From: Leptolyngbyaceae cyanobacterium
GTDB taxonomy: Bacteria > Cyanobacteriota > Cyanobacteriia > Phormidesmidales > Phormidesmidaceae
DNA: 64,000 bases
Direction: 5' to 3'
Assembly: GCA_965263355.1 (NCBI GenBank)
Contig: CBDHHL010000056.1
Span: 1,216,001-1,280,000, forward strand
Shown here: positions 1 through 9,841 of the stretch, piece by piece
Numbering within the stretch: position 1 is the stretch's first letter
Layout of the letters: each line of letters opens with the position of its first letter
Position numbers and translations under genes: made by a program
The notes under the pieces: generated by a model
Told to the model about the DNA's origin: nothing
Databases searched by the model: none
Seen by the model: only the letters and a program-made list of their open reading frames with translations

Positions 1-265
1 GCATGTAGAGCCACAGAGTTGGTTGCTCTGCCAGGGTCAACCCACCAGAGTCGTAATTCCTGGGAGCTAAAGCTTTCATCGGCCTACCGCTATCTTCCTC
101 TGGACAAGGCCCTCGGTGACCACCGCCATTGGGAGGAGGTGTCGTCGGTGGATAATGCTGATCAGGTAGGGAGGGCAATGCCTTACTAATTTGGACTGCT
201 GGAGGCGCAAGTAACAGCATGGCAAGGCTTGACCAGGTTACAAAAAGCTTCATAGACAGATGCAT
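1..265 (-). CDS. DUF928 domain protein, N-terminal part (runs off window start)
   Basis: Manual translation MHLSMKLFVTW...GGGHRGPC...ALAP...GLTLAEQPTLWLYM has a signal peptide and the DUF928 GGxRG-C / LTxxExPTxWxY pattern; lies directly downstream of a CHASE2 gene, the usual context. Confidence 0.8.
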   Translation of the reverse strand, partial: MHLSMKLFVTWSSLAMLLLAPPAVQISKALPSLPDQHYPPTTPPPNGGGHRGPCPEEDSGRPMKALAPRNYDSGGLTLAEQPTLWLYM

Positions 266-275
266 TGCATATCCC

Positions 276-2417
276 TCAAATCAGTTTTTTGATAGATTTT
301 GAATTCGTTGCGATCGCACTCATTCCACCTGCTCCTACTAGCGCTAAGACAAAAGGAACAGTGGGAAGCCACCATCCCTCCACAAATAGGATAAATGTCG
401 TTCCTAAGCAGGCCACGAGCGTTAATGAATAAATTAATAACTTGGCCTGTTTGTGAAGGCTGAGAATCACGATACTACTGCCATAAAGGGCGATGCTCAA
501 AATCAAGATGCCTTCGACTGATTGAGAGAGCGTTTGGAGGATGGGGCGATTGTCCAGCACCGCACTGATAAGCTGACTAGTCATGTGGGCATGGACAAAG
601 ACACCAGGAATTTCGACATTGAAAGGTGTTCGCCAGGAATCTAGTCTACGGATACCTTCAGGATCAAGGCTATCGATGCGGTCCACACCAACCAGCACAA
701 TGCGATCTCGGATATCGGTTGACTGAATATTTTTAGTTAGAACATCTTCCAGGGAAAAAGCAGATGCGATCGCTCTAGGTGTTCTTGTTGAACGATAGTT
801 GAGGAGAATTTGTCCTACATCAGTCTCAAGATTTTGATAACCACTGGTACGACGGGTCAAATTCTTCAATACCAGTTCATCAAATGCCAAATATCCCTCT
901 TCAGTAAATCGACCAGAGATATTGTCAGCTTCCAAATATTTACTGGCTAGCTGAAGACTCAACGCATAGGGGGTTTGGCAATCCCCTAATCCACCAAACC
1001 TTCCCAGGAGTAAATGGCGGCGAACTAATCTGTCCGTATCCGATAAAAAATTGGTAAATCCTACCCGTTCCATATCTGTATGTTTAAGCGGAGGGATTTC
1101 GTTTTCGCCTGCCTGACAAGCCGTAATCAGTTTCTCAGGTGATTGAAGCGTTTGGAGCATAGCTTCACTGTCTTCGGTCTCCATCCAATCTAGATAAATA
1201 TCTAATCCAATCGCTCTGGGCTGATAGGCACTGAGCGTATTAATCAGCTGTTCTAGGGCTCCGTCATAGGCGATTGACTGCTCCTCATTCCGACGCGAAA
1301 ATCCTTGTTTCTCTTGAAAGCGGAGGTCTGCATCGCTAATAGTTACCAAGACCAGTCTTTCATCTGGTGCTTCCAAAGGACGTAGCCTGAACAAAACATC
1401 ATAGGCACTGAGTTCTAATGGTTGTAAGGCACCGACAAAGCGTAAGCTTAGTAATACAGCAGATGTCAAAAGGCCACTTAAACCAGCAATGCGGAGTCGC
1501 TTTGATATCGGAATTGTGCTGGGTTGATAACAGTAATTGCTGATTCTCTGGAAAACGCTTAACTGTTCAGTTAGTGGCTTTTCCGACTGCTTAACCACTC
1601 GTTGAATTAGGGGTAACTGGTCGAGAATGACTTGCGTGTTCTGAGGACGTTGACTGGCAAAGGGAGCCATTAGCTCTTCAATAAAGGCCACTAACTCAGG
1701 TGGTAGCATTGAAGCAGAGTCTTGCCAAATAAGCTTGCCCAAGATGGAAGAAAATTCGGAAGGATTTTTCCCTGTTAATAAATAAACACAGGTACGTCCA
1801 AGTGCAAAGAAATCTGATTGGGCAACGGCCTGACCCTCCATTTGCTCCGTTGGAGTATAACCTTGGGATGCAATTCGAGTTCCAGTCAGATCGCCCAGAT
1901 GGTTTTGCAAATGGGTTGCCGCCGCCGCTTTGATACCACCGAAATCAATCAGCACTAAGGTGCCGTCTTCGTTCAACATAATGTTGGAGGGTTTGATATC
2001 ACGATGCAGAAAACCGTACTGATGCAAATAATGCAAAATCTGTGTGAGCTGTGTGAGCCAGGCCAAGGTTTTGAGGGGACTGACGGGTTGATAGTTCTGT
2101 GCCTTCATCCACTGGCTCAGCGTTACCCCTGGAATCTTTTCCATGACGTAGCCATGGATAGGATTGCTCTGATCATCTACATCACAGCAAAAGTAGCTAT
2201 TGTCATCCGCTTTGGGAATGCCAGGATGATCCAATTGGCTGAGAACTTGAGCTTCCCGCTGAAAAAGTTCAACGGCTTTGGGAAAGTCTTCTAACAGTAT
2301 TTTAAGCACCTTAGTTTGACCATTCACTAGAATTTCCCAGGTCTCACCAAAGCCGCCCTGACCTAACTGTCGGATCAGTTGGTATTGTCCATTGAGCTGT
2401 GATCCTGGTTTAAGCAT
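276..2417 (-). CDS. Ser/Thr protein kinase fused to a CHASE2 sensor domain
   Basis: LGQGGFG, HRDIKPSN, DFG kinase motifs; LELSAYD..LRP, IGLDIY, PGVFVHA CHASE2 motifs; three C-terminal TM helices. Confidence 0.92.
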   Translation of the reverse strand: MLKPGSQLNGQYQLIRQLGQGGFGETWEILVNGQTKVLKILLEDFPKAVELFQREAQVLSQLDHPGIPKADDNSYFCCDVDDQSNPIHGYVMEKIPGVTLSQWMKAQNYQPVSPLKTLAWLTQLTQILHYLHQYGFLHRDIKPSNIMLNEDGTLVLIDFGGIKAAAATHLQNHLGDLTGTRIASQGYTPTEQMEGQAVAQSDFFALGRTCVYLLTGKNPSEFSSILGKLIWQDSASMLPPELVAFIEELMAPFASQRPQNTQVILDQLPLIQRVVKQSEKPLTEQLSVFQRISNYCYQPSTIPISKRLRIAGLSGLLTSAVLLSLRFVGALQPLELSAYDVLFRLRPLEAPDERLVLVTISDADLRFQEKQGFSRRNEEQSIAYDGALEQLINTLSAYQPRAIGLDIYLDWMETEDSEAMLQTLQSPEKLITACQAGENEIPPLKHTDMERVGFTNFLSDTDRLVRRHLLLGRFGGLGDCQTPYALSLQLASKYLEADNISGRFTEEGYLAFDELVLKNLTRRTSGYQNLETDVGQILLNYRSTRTPRAIASAFSLEDVLTKNIQSTDIRDRIVLVGVDRIDSLDPEGIRRLDSWRTPFNVEIPGVFVHAHMTSQLISAVLDNRPILQTLSQSVEGILILSIALYGSSIVILSLHKQAKLLIYSLTLVACLGTTFILFVEGWWLPTVPFVLALVGAGGMSAIATNSKSIKKLI

Positions 2418-2495
2418 GGGAAAGTGTGGACAAAGAGAGAAAAAAAAGAAGGGGCGGTAGAGGGAGCAGAAGAAGACAGGTTAGATTCGAGTTGT

Positions 2496-3902
2496 TTATT
2501 TACTTGCATGGTATTTGACATACTTTTCAATAGTTGGTTGGAGCATAAATATTGTAGTATTCTCTCTCTTAGCATTTTCCAAGAGCGATCGCCTTCCCAG
2601 GGAATTAAGAACTGCCATCAACTCTGACCGGCGAATCTCAGATGTAATCCCCGTCAAAATTTCAGGCAAGGTTAATGGGTGGCCCTGATGTGCTAGACAA
2701 TTCATCACATCTTGCTCGATTTCCGAGAGGCGCTTGAATTGCTGATGTAGTAGATACTTAAAATCTCCCAAAAAGAGAGTGTTTTGATCCAGAAATTCAG
2801 CCACACTACCGCCAAATAGATCCTGAATAGTTGAGGCAATAATCCTCAGGGCTAGCGGATTACCGCCATAGGCCGTGACCAGTTCATGCCAACGATCTTC
2901 ATCCAATAACTGCTCATGGGTCAGAATTGCTTTGGCCTCATTACCCAGTCCCTCAACGCGATACGAACGAACTGGCATTGAAGGACCACTAATCCTGGAC
3001 GCCTCCCGCAGTTTTTCCCAACTGGTAAGGATGGTGCAGCTTTGGTGGGTTTCTTCCTCAATCCGCCGGAGTAGTTCGCCGTAACTTTCAAATCCTGCCT
3101 GATATTTACCCGATAATTCACCGATGCTGAGGATAGCCTGCACATCATCAAAGACCAGTAAGCAACGGTGTTCTTGAAGATAGCGAAGTAACTGAGAGAT
3201 GTAATCGGAAGGGGTTTGGAGGGACTGCCCCGCTGGTAGGTAGTTGAGGAAATCTAGAATATCCATCAGAAAGGGCTTCACTGCTGGCCGATTTCTCAAA
3301 GACCGCCAGATCAAGCACTCAAATTCATCTTTAATGGTGTGGGCCAGTTTTGCAGCTAGGGAAGTTTTACCGATGCCGCCTAAGCCGTAGAGTACAATGC
3401 TGCGGCATTTGTCAGTCAAGACCCATTGTTTGAGAAGGGTGATTTCGTGGGTGCGATCGTAAAAAATAGAGATGTCTGGTTGACTATCCCAACTTTCATG
3501 GGCTTTGAGTAATAGATTTGTCGAAACAACAGCTAGTGGTTGACGGTTTTCAATAACTTTAGCCTCTTCCTGAAAACGATACCCCGCTTGCTCCAGTAAA
3601 CGAGGGACCCAGCGCCAATTTTTTACCTGAGCCGTTTGATTAGCTTGTTCGATCAATTGGGTCTCTACTAAATTTTCAACATATCGATACACATGTCTAG
3701 AAAGGCATTGCCGCACAGTATCTGCACCTACGTGGCATTGCTCCGCAATTTTCCCTGGGCTGTAACCGCACAGCAATCCACGCAAATACTTTGCCTCAGT
3801 AGATGTCAGCTCATTGCCCTTAGCAACACCTAAATCTTTATAGAGCTGATCTAATCGCCAACTCTGAGCTGCTTTAGCAAAGTTTTCACAAGGATCTGAC
3901 AT
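2496..3902 (-). CDS. NB-ARC (STAND) ATPase with N-terminal HTH, no WD40 tail
   Basis: N-terminal LRGLLCGYSP..IA HTH; Walker A GLGGIGKT, Walker B LLVFDD, GNPLAL motif. Confidence 0.88.
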   Translation of the reverse strand: MSDPCENFAKAAQSWRLDQLYKDLGVAKGNELTSTEAKYLRGLLCGYSPGKIAEQCHVGADTVRQCLSRHVYRYVENLVETQLIEQANQTAQVKNWRWVPRLLEQAGYRFQEEAKVIENRQPLAVVSTNLLLKAHESWDSQPDISIFYDRTHEITLLKQWVLTDKCRSIVLYGLGGIGKTSLAAKLAHTIKDEFECLIWRSLRNRPAVKPFLMDILDFLNYLPAGQSLQTPSDYISQLLRYLQEHRCLLVFDDVQAILSIGELSGKYQAGFESYGELLRRIEEETHQSCTILTSWEKLREASRISGPSMPVRSYRVEGLGNEAKAILTHEQLLDEDRWHELVTAYGGNPLALRIIASTIQDLFGGSVAEFLDQNTLFLGDFKYLLHQQFKRLSEIEQDVMNCLAHQGHPLTLPEILTGITSEIRRSELMAVLNSLGRRSLLENAKRENTTIFMLQPTIEKYVKYHASK

Positions 3903-4083
3903 ACTTCAATCCATTACTAAGGCTCTCCGAAGTAATAGTAGTGTAGTCTTTATGGGCTTCCAACCCATGGCTACTCCATAAAAATCCTCCATGCTTACTC
4001 CATGGAATTTGCCGCAGTATGAGGCGACCTATCAATTGATTTTGAATATTCTGAGGTCAGGCTGATGAATTCATTTAAGGATC

Positions 4084-4608
4084 TTGGATATGAAAATCCC
4101 AAAATACTTTGATTTAGTTTCAGGTATAGTTTTTGTTGCATTAGTGGGGGCAAGTAAGCCTGCAAGCGCCCAAAATACTGACTACTTACGGGTTACATTT
4201 AATTCAATTGACGTGCATACACTTTTAGAGCCAGACCGTCCCGGTAAAAGGTCAGCCGAGCTTTATGCAAAGGTTAGATTCCCTCAGCATGATTGGCTTC
4301 GCTCAAGTCGTGAGAATGGGAATGCAATACGACCAGGCTGGAGATTTAGTCGAAATGTACAAGTTTCCAATCACCATTCAATTGATATTGAAGTATGGGA
4401 CCACGATAGAAGAGGAAGCGACGATAGAGGTCTTAATATCTCAGTTATCGACCTCAATATTTCAAACTGTTCCTATAGCACTGCTGTGAATGAATTGTCA
4501 GGCAAAGTTATTTATTATGGTCAACCCACCAACAATGGTGGTTGTTTGATCCGTGAACAATTTCGTGGAAGCCATGTGACAGCTGACGTCACTATTGAAG
4601 CCTATTAA
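4084..4608 (+). CDS. Secreted protein with C2-like beta domain
   Basis: Signal peptide ending ASA; ELYAKV and IEVWDHDRRGSDD resemble C2 Ca2+-loop motifs. Confidence 0.55.
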   Translation: MDMKIPKYFDLVSGIVFVALVGASKPASAQNTDYLRVTFNSIDVHTLLEPDRPGKRSAELYAKVRFPQHDWLRSSRENGNAIRPGWRFSRNVQVSNHHSIDIEVWDHDRRGSDDRGLNISVIDLNISNCSYSTAVNELSGKVIYYGQPTNNGGCLIREQFRGSHVTADVTIEAY

Positions 4609-5167
4609 GCTTATTGACATAGAAAATTTTTAGGAATGGCTCACTCATGTTTAGCATACAACAACTATGTGGCCATTTCCTGTGCTCAACCATAGTGTAA
4701 AATACAAACGATCAGTACATATTTGCAGGAAGTTTTTGAGAGTAACACAACAATTTACTTATAGTGACAATAAGTAAATATCTCTGAGACTAAGTTTCTG
4801 AACTCTCAAGCTGTATAACTATGCCAGACTAAGTAGTGGCCATTTGCAACACTCAAAAAAATGAGAATCGAGAGAAAGCATTGGCTTTTCATTTGCATAG
4901 AAGACTATGTATAGCCCAACAGCTACTAGGCAAAAAACACTGAAATTTATCGGAATAACCTGGAAGAAGAATATCTTTCCATTACAACTGAATATCGAGA
5001 TTTAAAGTCCTATGGATATAGGAGAATTCTCCATAATGATCCAAGGTTTTGTTTATCCAGTCGATAAGTGATAGCCACCAAAGTATCAAGTTGCCGTTGT
5101 CGACTCAAATCTCACAGCGTTCTAAATCAACAGAAAAATCAGCTTCTAAAAACATGGAGGACTTCTC

Positions 5168-5743
5168 GTGAAAATCAAAAATGTTCTGATGGGAGCATTA
5201 TTTAGCTCTCTCCTAGTTTGCCCACCAGCTTTAGCCAAATTCTATTTAGAGAATCAAACTAACACTTCTCTACAAATAGGGTTTGTCACCCTCAGAGGTG
5301 AGCAAATTCGTGGTGATGGATGGTATACGCTTCGACCAGGCGAAGATAGGACTATTGAGGGTAATGACTATCGTGAAAACAAGCGTTATTTCTTAGTTGT
5401 CAAAGATCAATCTTCTGGCAAATATCTACGATTTGGATATGGAAATTTATGTGGTGATCATTGTCTTGCTGAATACGCCGACTCAGATGTGTATATCCCA
5501 CGCAGAGATTTCGACATTGGTTTTAACAACTCATATGTTGCAAATCAATTAAGAAGTGGTTATTGGTCTGCTTTTCAGGAATATGTCTCTAATACAGTTC
5601 GATATTCCGGCGTTTATATTCAGCCCAGCATTAATTGTTACGACAGTAGCAAGCTTTATATCACGGGGATTAGTGGAAACACAGCGAGTCTTAATATGAG
5701 GGTTTGGGATCGTGCAAGTCGTATTTGGGCTTGTGGGAATTAG
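5168..5743 (+). CDS. Secreted DUF1036-like protein
   Basis: GGAGG RBS; signal peptide ending ALA; GWYTLRPGE motif. Confidence 0.65.
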   Translation: MKIKNVLMGALFSSLLVCPPALAKFYLENQTNTSLQIGFVTLRGEQIRGDGWYTLRPGEDRTIEGNDYRENKRYFLVVKDQSSGKYLRFGYGNLCGDHCLAEYADSDVYIPRRDFDIGFNNSYVANQLRSGYWSAFQEYVSNTVRYSGVYIQPSINCYDSSKLYITGISGNTASLNMRVWDRASRIWACGN

Positions 5744-5828
5744 GTGGATTTAGTCGTATTCCCTACTGAGTTTGGTTGAAGTTGGAAAGTGTATTGTTTT
5801 CTCAAAAAGCAATTAGGAGATTTTTGAA

Positions 5829-8327
5829 ATGACCAAGGTAGAAGCTTCCGGAATAAATCATATTGACAGCCTACTCTACTTGTCTAAATGGGGTGGCCCT
5901 AGAGGTGAAAGTGCATTAATTACTTACAGTTTTCAGAATAATCATGATGAAAGGTTTATTCCACTATCCGAAAGGCAAAGAACAAAAGTTAGAGAGGTTC
6001 TCAATGTTTGGGAAAAAGTGACAAACCTCTATTTTGTTGAAGATTTTACCGGACAAGGAGCTTTAATTATTAGAGGTGATGAAGGCTTTGGAGGAAGCGG
6101 TGGTTTTAATGGTCCTCATACTCGTGGACACGTACATTTGGGTGTTGATCTATTAGGGAATGGAGACTTCTCAGAAGGATCTACCGCTTATTGGGTTATC
6201 TTGCACGAAGTCGGTCACGTCTTAGGACTAAAACATCCAGGTAACTATAATGCTCCCTGTGACGGTCGAGTCACTGGAGAGTTATGTAATCCTGCCCCAT
6301 ATTTACCCTCCGATCAAGACAATCGTCGATACTCAATAATGTCATATGATGCTCATCCGACTGTAAGAGCCGAACCTTCTACACCCATGCTGTATGATAT
6401 TGCAGCTATTCAATATCTATATGGTGCAAAAGGTTTTGCAATTGGAAACAACAGATACTCTTGGAATCCAAATAAGGCATTTGTGAAAACCATCTGGGAT
6501 ACGGGAGGATATGACACTATTTCTGCTGGGAATCAAACCTTACCAGTCAAAATCAATTTAAATCCTGGAACTTTTAGTTCTATTGGTCCTCGCTCGGATG
6601 GAGCAGATATTTCAGCAGTCGATAATTTAGCTATTGCTTTCAACACTGTTGAATATCAAGTTTTGATTGAAAAGGCGGTGGGTGGCTCTAACGATGACGA
6701 AATTATTGGTAACAGTATCAATAATGAAATTCTGGGAGGTTTAGGTAATGACTTTGTTGATTCAAGCTTAGGAAATGATCGTGTGTATGGTGAAAACGGA
6801 GACGATATTCTTTTAGCTGGCGGTGGTAATGACTTTGTCAGAGGTGGAAATGGTAATGATCAACTTTTTGGTGAATATGATTTCCGTTTTACGGGTACTC
6901 CAGATCCTAATTTTGGTCATGACACCATTTATGGTGAAGATGGTAATGACTATATTGACGGTGGCCGAGGAAACGATACTCTTTGGGGTGGTGAACAGAA
7001 TGACACCATCAATGGTCGGGCCGAGAACGATGCTATCTATGGCGAAGGTGGACACGACACTATTTATGGTGAAGATGGCAATGACCTACTCTTCGGTGAA
7101 GAGGACTATAACGTTACTGGAGTGCCGAATCCGCACTTTGGTAATGACCTCATTCTAGGTGGTAATGGGGATGATTACATTGACGGTGGCCGAGGAAACG
7201 ATACTCTTTGGGGCGGTGAACAGAATGACACTATCAATGGTCGGGCCGAGAACGATATCATCTATGGCGAAGGTGGTCACGATACTATCTTTGGCGAAGA
7301 TGGAAATGACCTGCTCTTTGGTGAAGAAGATTATAACGTTACTGGAGTGCCAAATCCGCACTTTGGCAATGACCTCATCTTAGGTGGCAATGGAGATGAT
7401 TATATTGACGGTGGCCGAGGTGACGATACCCTTTGGGGCGGTGAGCAAAATGACACTATCTTTGGCCGGGCTGATAATGATGCCATTTATGGTGAAGATG
7501 GAAACGATACTCTCTTTGGTGAAGATGGAAACGACGTCATTGATGCTGGGAATGGCAATGATTTCGCTGATGGTGGCAATCACGATGACTTTATCGACGG
7601 AGGCGACGGCGACGACTCACTCTATGGAGCCTCAGGCAACGACACCATTCAGGGCTCGACAGGGTACGATCTCCTCAGAGGCGGAGATGGTAATGATCAG
7701 CTCGACGGTGGGTATGGTAATGACAACCTTGATGGTGAATCAGGAAACGATGAACTCCACGGTGGTGCAGATGATGACACAATTCAGGGTGGTCTAGGGC
7801 AAGATACTCTTGATGGTGAAGATGGCAATGACTATCTTCGAGGTGGACAAGACCATGATCGCCTAGATGGTGGCAACGACAGCGACAGATTGTATGGTGA
7901 CGAAGGGAATGATACGCTCTTTGGAGGCTCGGGAAATGACAAGCTCTTTGGCGGTATCGGCAATGACTTATTAGTCGGTGAAACCGGCAACGATATCTTA
8001 ATTGGTGGTGCAGGAGCTGATCAATTCAAATTCAATGCTCTAAATGAAGGCGTTGATCTCATTAAAGACTTCTCTGCAACCGATGGCGATCGCATCGTAC
8101 TATCTAGCAGTGGATTTGGCAGTGACCTATCCCTTGGAAAATTGAACACAGAGGACTTTATCTTGGGCACAGCTGCCAAACGAGAAAGCGATCGCCTCAT
8201 CTATGATTCGGCGACGGGTGTACTCTACTTCGATACTGATGGGACAGGGTCTCTGCAACAGACTCAAGTTGCTCAGTTCGCAAACCGACCCGATCTTAAC
8301 CCGTCTGACATTTGGATAGTTGCTTGA
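5829..8327 (+). CDS. M10 (serralysin-like) zinc metalloprotease with RTX Ca-binding repeats
   Basis: HEVGHVLGLKH zinc motif, SIMSY Met-turn, TIWDTGGYDT, many GGxGxD nonapeptides. Confidence 0.95.
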   Translation: MTKVEASGINHIDSLLYLSKWGGPRGESALITYSFQNNHDERFIPLSERQRTKVREVLNVWEKVTNLYFVEDFTGQGALIIRGDEGFGGSGGFNGPHTRGHVHLGVDLLGNGDFSEGSTAYWVILHEVGHVLGLKHPGNYNAPCDGRVTGELCNPAPYLPSDQDNRRYSIMSYDAHPTVRAEPSTPMLYDIAAIQYLYGAKGFAIGNNRYSWNPNKAFVKTIWDTGGYDTISAGNQTLPVKINLNPGTFSSIGPRSDGADISAVDNLAIAFNTVEYQVLIEKAVGGSNDDEIIGNSINNEILGGLGNDFVDSSLGNDRVYGENGDDILLAGGGNDFVRGGNGNDQLFGEYDFRFTGTPDPNFGHDTIYGEDGNDYIDGGRGNDTLWGGEQNDTINGRAENDAIYGEGGHDTIYGEDGNDLLFGEEDYNVTGVPNPHFGNDLILGGNGDDYIDGGRGNDTLWGGEQNDTINGRAENDIIYGEGGHDTIFGEDGNDLLFGEEDYNVTGVPNPHFGNDLILGGNGDDYIDGGRGDDTLWGGEQNDTIFGRADNDAIYGEDGNDTLFGEDGNDVIDAGNGNDFADGGNHDDFIDGGDGDDSLYGASGNDTIQGSTGYDLLRGGDGNDQLDGGYGNDNLDGESGNDELHGGADDDTIQGGLGQDTLDGEDGNDYLRGGQDHDRLDGGNDSDRLYGDEGNDTLFGGSGNDKLFGGIGNDLLVGETGNDILIGGAGADQFKFNALNEGVDLIKDFSATDGDRIVLSSSGFGSDLSLGKLNTEDFILGTAAKRESDRLIYDSATGVLYFDTDGTGSLQQTQVAQFANRPDLNPSDIWIVA
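6872..7530 (+). repeat. About three tandem 225-bp (75-aa) repeats within the RTX region
   Basis: GACGGTGGCCGAGG recurs at about 6957, 7182 and 7407. Confidence 0.9.
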
Positions 8328-8384
8328 CTTAGTAACGTATTAGATATGAAAGGCCCTGAAATCCTTCCTTAAGAACCCAAATAG

Positions 8385-8428
8385 GTTGAGGCGATCGCTT
8401 TCTGAGTCAATAGAACGATCGCCTCAAC
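8385..8428 (+). terminator. Stem-loop after protease gene (HIP1-containing stem)
   Basis: GTTGAGGCGATCG ... CGATCGCCTCAAC inverted repeat followed by TTT. Confidence 0.6.
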
Positions 8429-8504
8429 TTTAAGTGCGCTCGCTTATTATTAAGGACCTAATGTCTATATAGCTATACAAACTAGAACTTCAGCGAAGCT
8501 CTAG

Positions 8505-8977
8505 AGTCGCTATGCCGATAGAGCAGCTGAGTAATGCTCAGCTCATCTACCACTCGACGAATTCTTTATGAAAGGTTAGTACAAAAATAGGCCTACACGC
8601 ATTTCAGGAAGTTCTGAGTCAAAAAAATCTTAAAACCTTTGCTATACAATACTCGGCTCATCTACTACTCGACGATTTTTTCCCGAAAGATGGCCAAAAA
8701 ATTAGTACAAGAATGGCTCCATGTGGCTTTCAAATAGGTCTGAGTCGAAAAATGCTTAAAACCTCTGCTGTACATAGCGTTTAGCTTTGGAAAAAGCTAA
8801 ACGTCTCAGCCCCACTTGCTATGCTAACGGAGCAGCTAATTAACGGTCAGCTCATCTAGGTCTTGACAACAATTTGTACGAAAAATGCCGCGAAAAATTA
8901 GCACAAAAATCAGTACAATACTTTTTAGGTGTTACAAAAGCTTTGCCAGGCAATGAATTTAGCTTTTGAGTATTTCT
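8505..8977 (+). repeat. Island right-end region with symmetric core-like sites and TTAGTACA arm motifs; homologous to 57389-57734
   Basis: TAGAGCAGCTGA-GTAATGC-TCAGCTCATCTA (8519-8549), half site 8653-8664, CGGAGCAGCTAA-TTAACGG-TCAGCTCATCTA (8828-8858); TYAGYACA at 8576, 8702, 8898, 8910. Confidence 0.85.
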
Positions 8978-9019
8978 TTTGTAATCAGCCGGTCGTCCGT
9001 TCGAGTCGGAGCACCAGCT
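8978..9019 (+). mobile_element. att site: 3' fragment of tRNA-Thr(TGT)
   Basis: TTTGTAA TCAGC CGGTC GTCCG TTCGAGT CGGAG CACCAGCT = anticodon loop, T arm and acceptor 3' strand; 5' half absent. Confidence 0.9.
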
Positions 9020-9224
9020 TTTTAATGAAAACCTTTCGTGTTAAGGGTTTTAGCCTTCTACATTTTAGTTAAATCTAAAATTTTGGTGGTTATTTTTACT
9101 GATTTTTCGACATAAACTAAGCGCTAAAAGCCTTTGATGTCAATGGCTTTAGTGAAATCAGTACAGAAATTAGTACAGGTACAAATCTAACAAAAGGATT
9201 TAACCATTGTATTCAATAAAGATA

Positions 9225-9271
9225 AGCACGGTTTGACCGGCTGACTTTATATCAACCGGTCAAACCGTGCT
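9225..9271. repeat. 20-bp inverted repeat with 7-bp spacer built from the tRNA-Thr 3' anticodon-stem half
   Basis: AGCACGGTTTGACCGGCTGA-CTTTATA-TCAACCGGTCAAACCGTGCT; GACCGGCTGA is the reverse complement of TCAGCCGGTC in the att. Confidence 0.85.
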
Positions 9272-9440
9272 CTAATAAAGCTGATTTTGCCTTGCAAAGT
9301 AGTCAATGTTTAAAACCCTGTGAAGCAAGGACTTCATTCATCTTTGACTATAAGCAATACCTTCGGGAGACGGCATATCAGTGAGATCTCATTCCAAATC
9401 CGGTGCTGGCCCAAAAGAGCAGTTGAGTCAGTTTGCAAGT

Positions 9441-9533
9441 TAAGTAGGTGGCAAAAACTATTTAATATCCCGAAGATTACCAGATAAGCATCTTAGCGAT
9501 TCAGAGCCACATTTACTTATGGCCACCTACTTA
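9441..9533. mobile_element. MITE-like element (93 bp)
   Basis: 12-bp terminal inverted repeats TAAGTAGGTGGC / GCCACCTACTTA. Confidence 0.6.
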
Positions 9534-9624
9534 GCAACACCCTTCGCTGAAGTTTTGTCGCTTTTGCATGAGCACCGATAGTTCGTAATCTAAACGAACT
9601 TGCAATTTACCTGATATGTTCTTA

Positions 9625-9841
9625 GCTCGACTTTATCCAAACATGTGGGGTTAATGAGGAAAGCAGCAAGCACAATAGGTTTATCAGAACCAACTTGCTG
9701 CAAATGGAAATACTAAATCTGCTATCGCTATTCGCTCCCTTATTTCGTCCAAGTGTAAGTGACATGATTAAAATCCCTCGTGAGATTTTCAACACTTGGT
9801 CTGACTTGCTTTGCTATGCGGCTTAGTGGATAAAGTCGAGC
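9625..9841. mobile_element. MITE (217 bp) with probable TA target duplication
   Basis: Perfect TIR GCTCGACTTTATCCA / TGGATAAAGTCGAGC flanked by TA on both sides; no ORF. Confidence 0.7.

Noticed and set aside
6813..7797. Alternative-frame ORFs within the RTX gene
   Set aside because: Shadow ORFs caused by repetitive codons
8505..8977. CRISPR array
   Set aside because: Repeat periods are about 115-195 bp, the intervening DNA is itself homologous between units, and there are no cas genes
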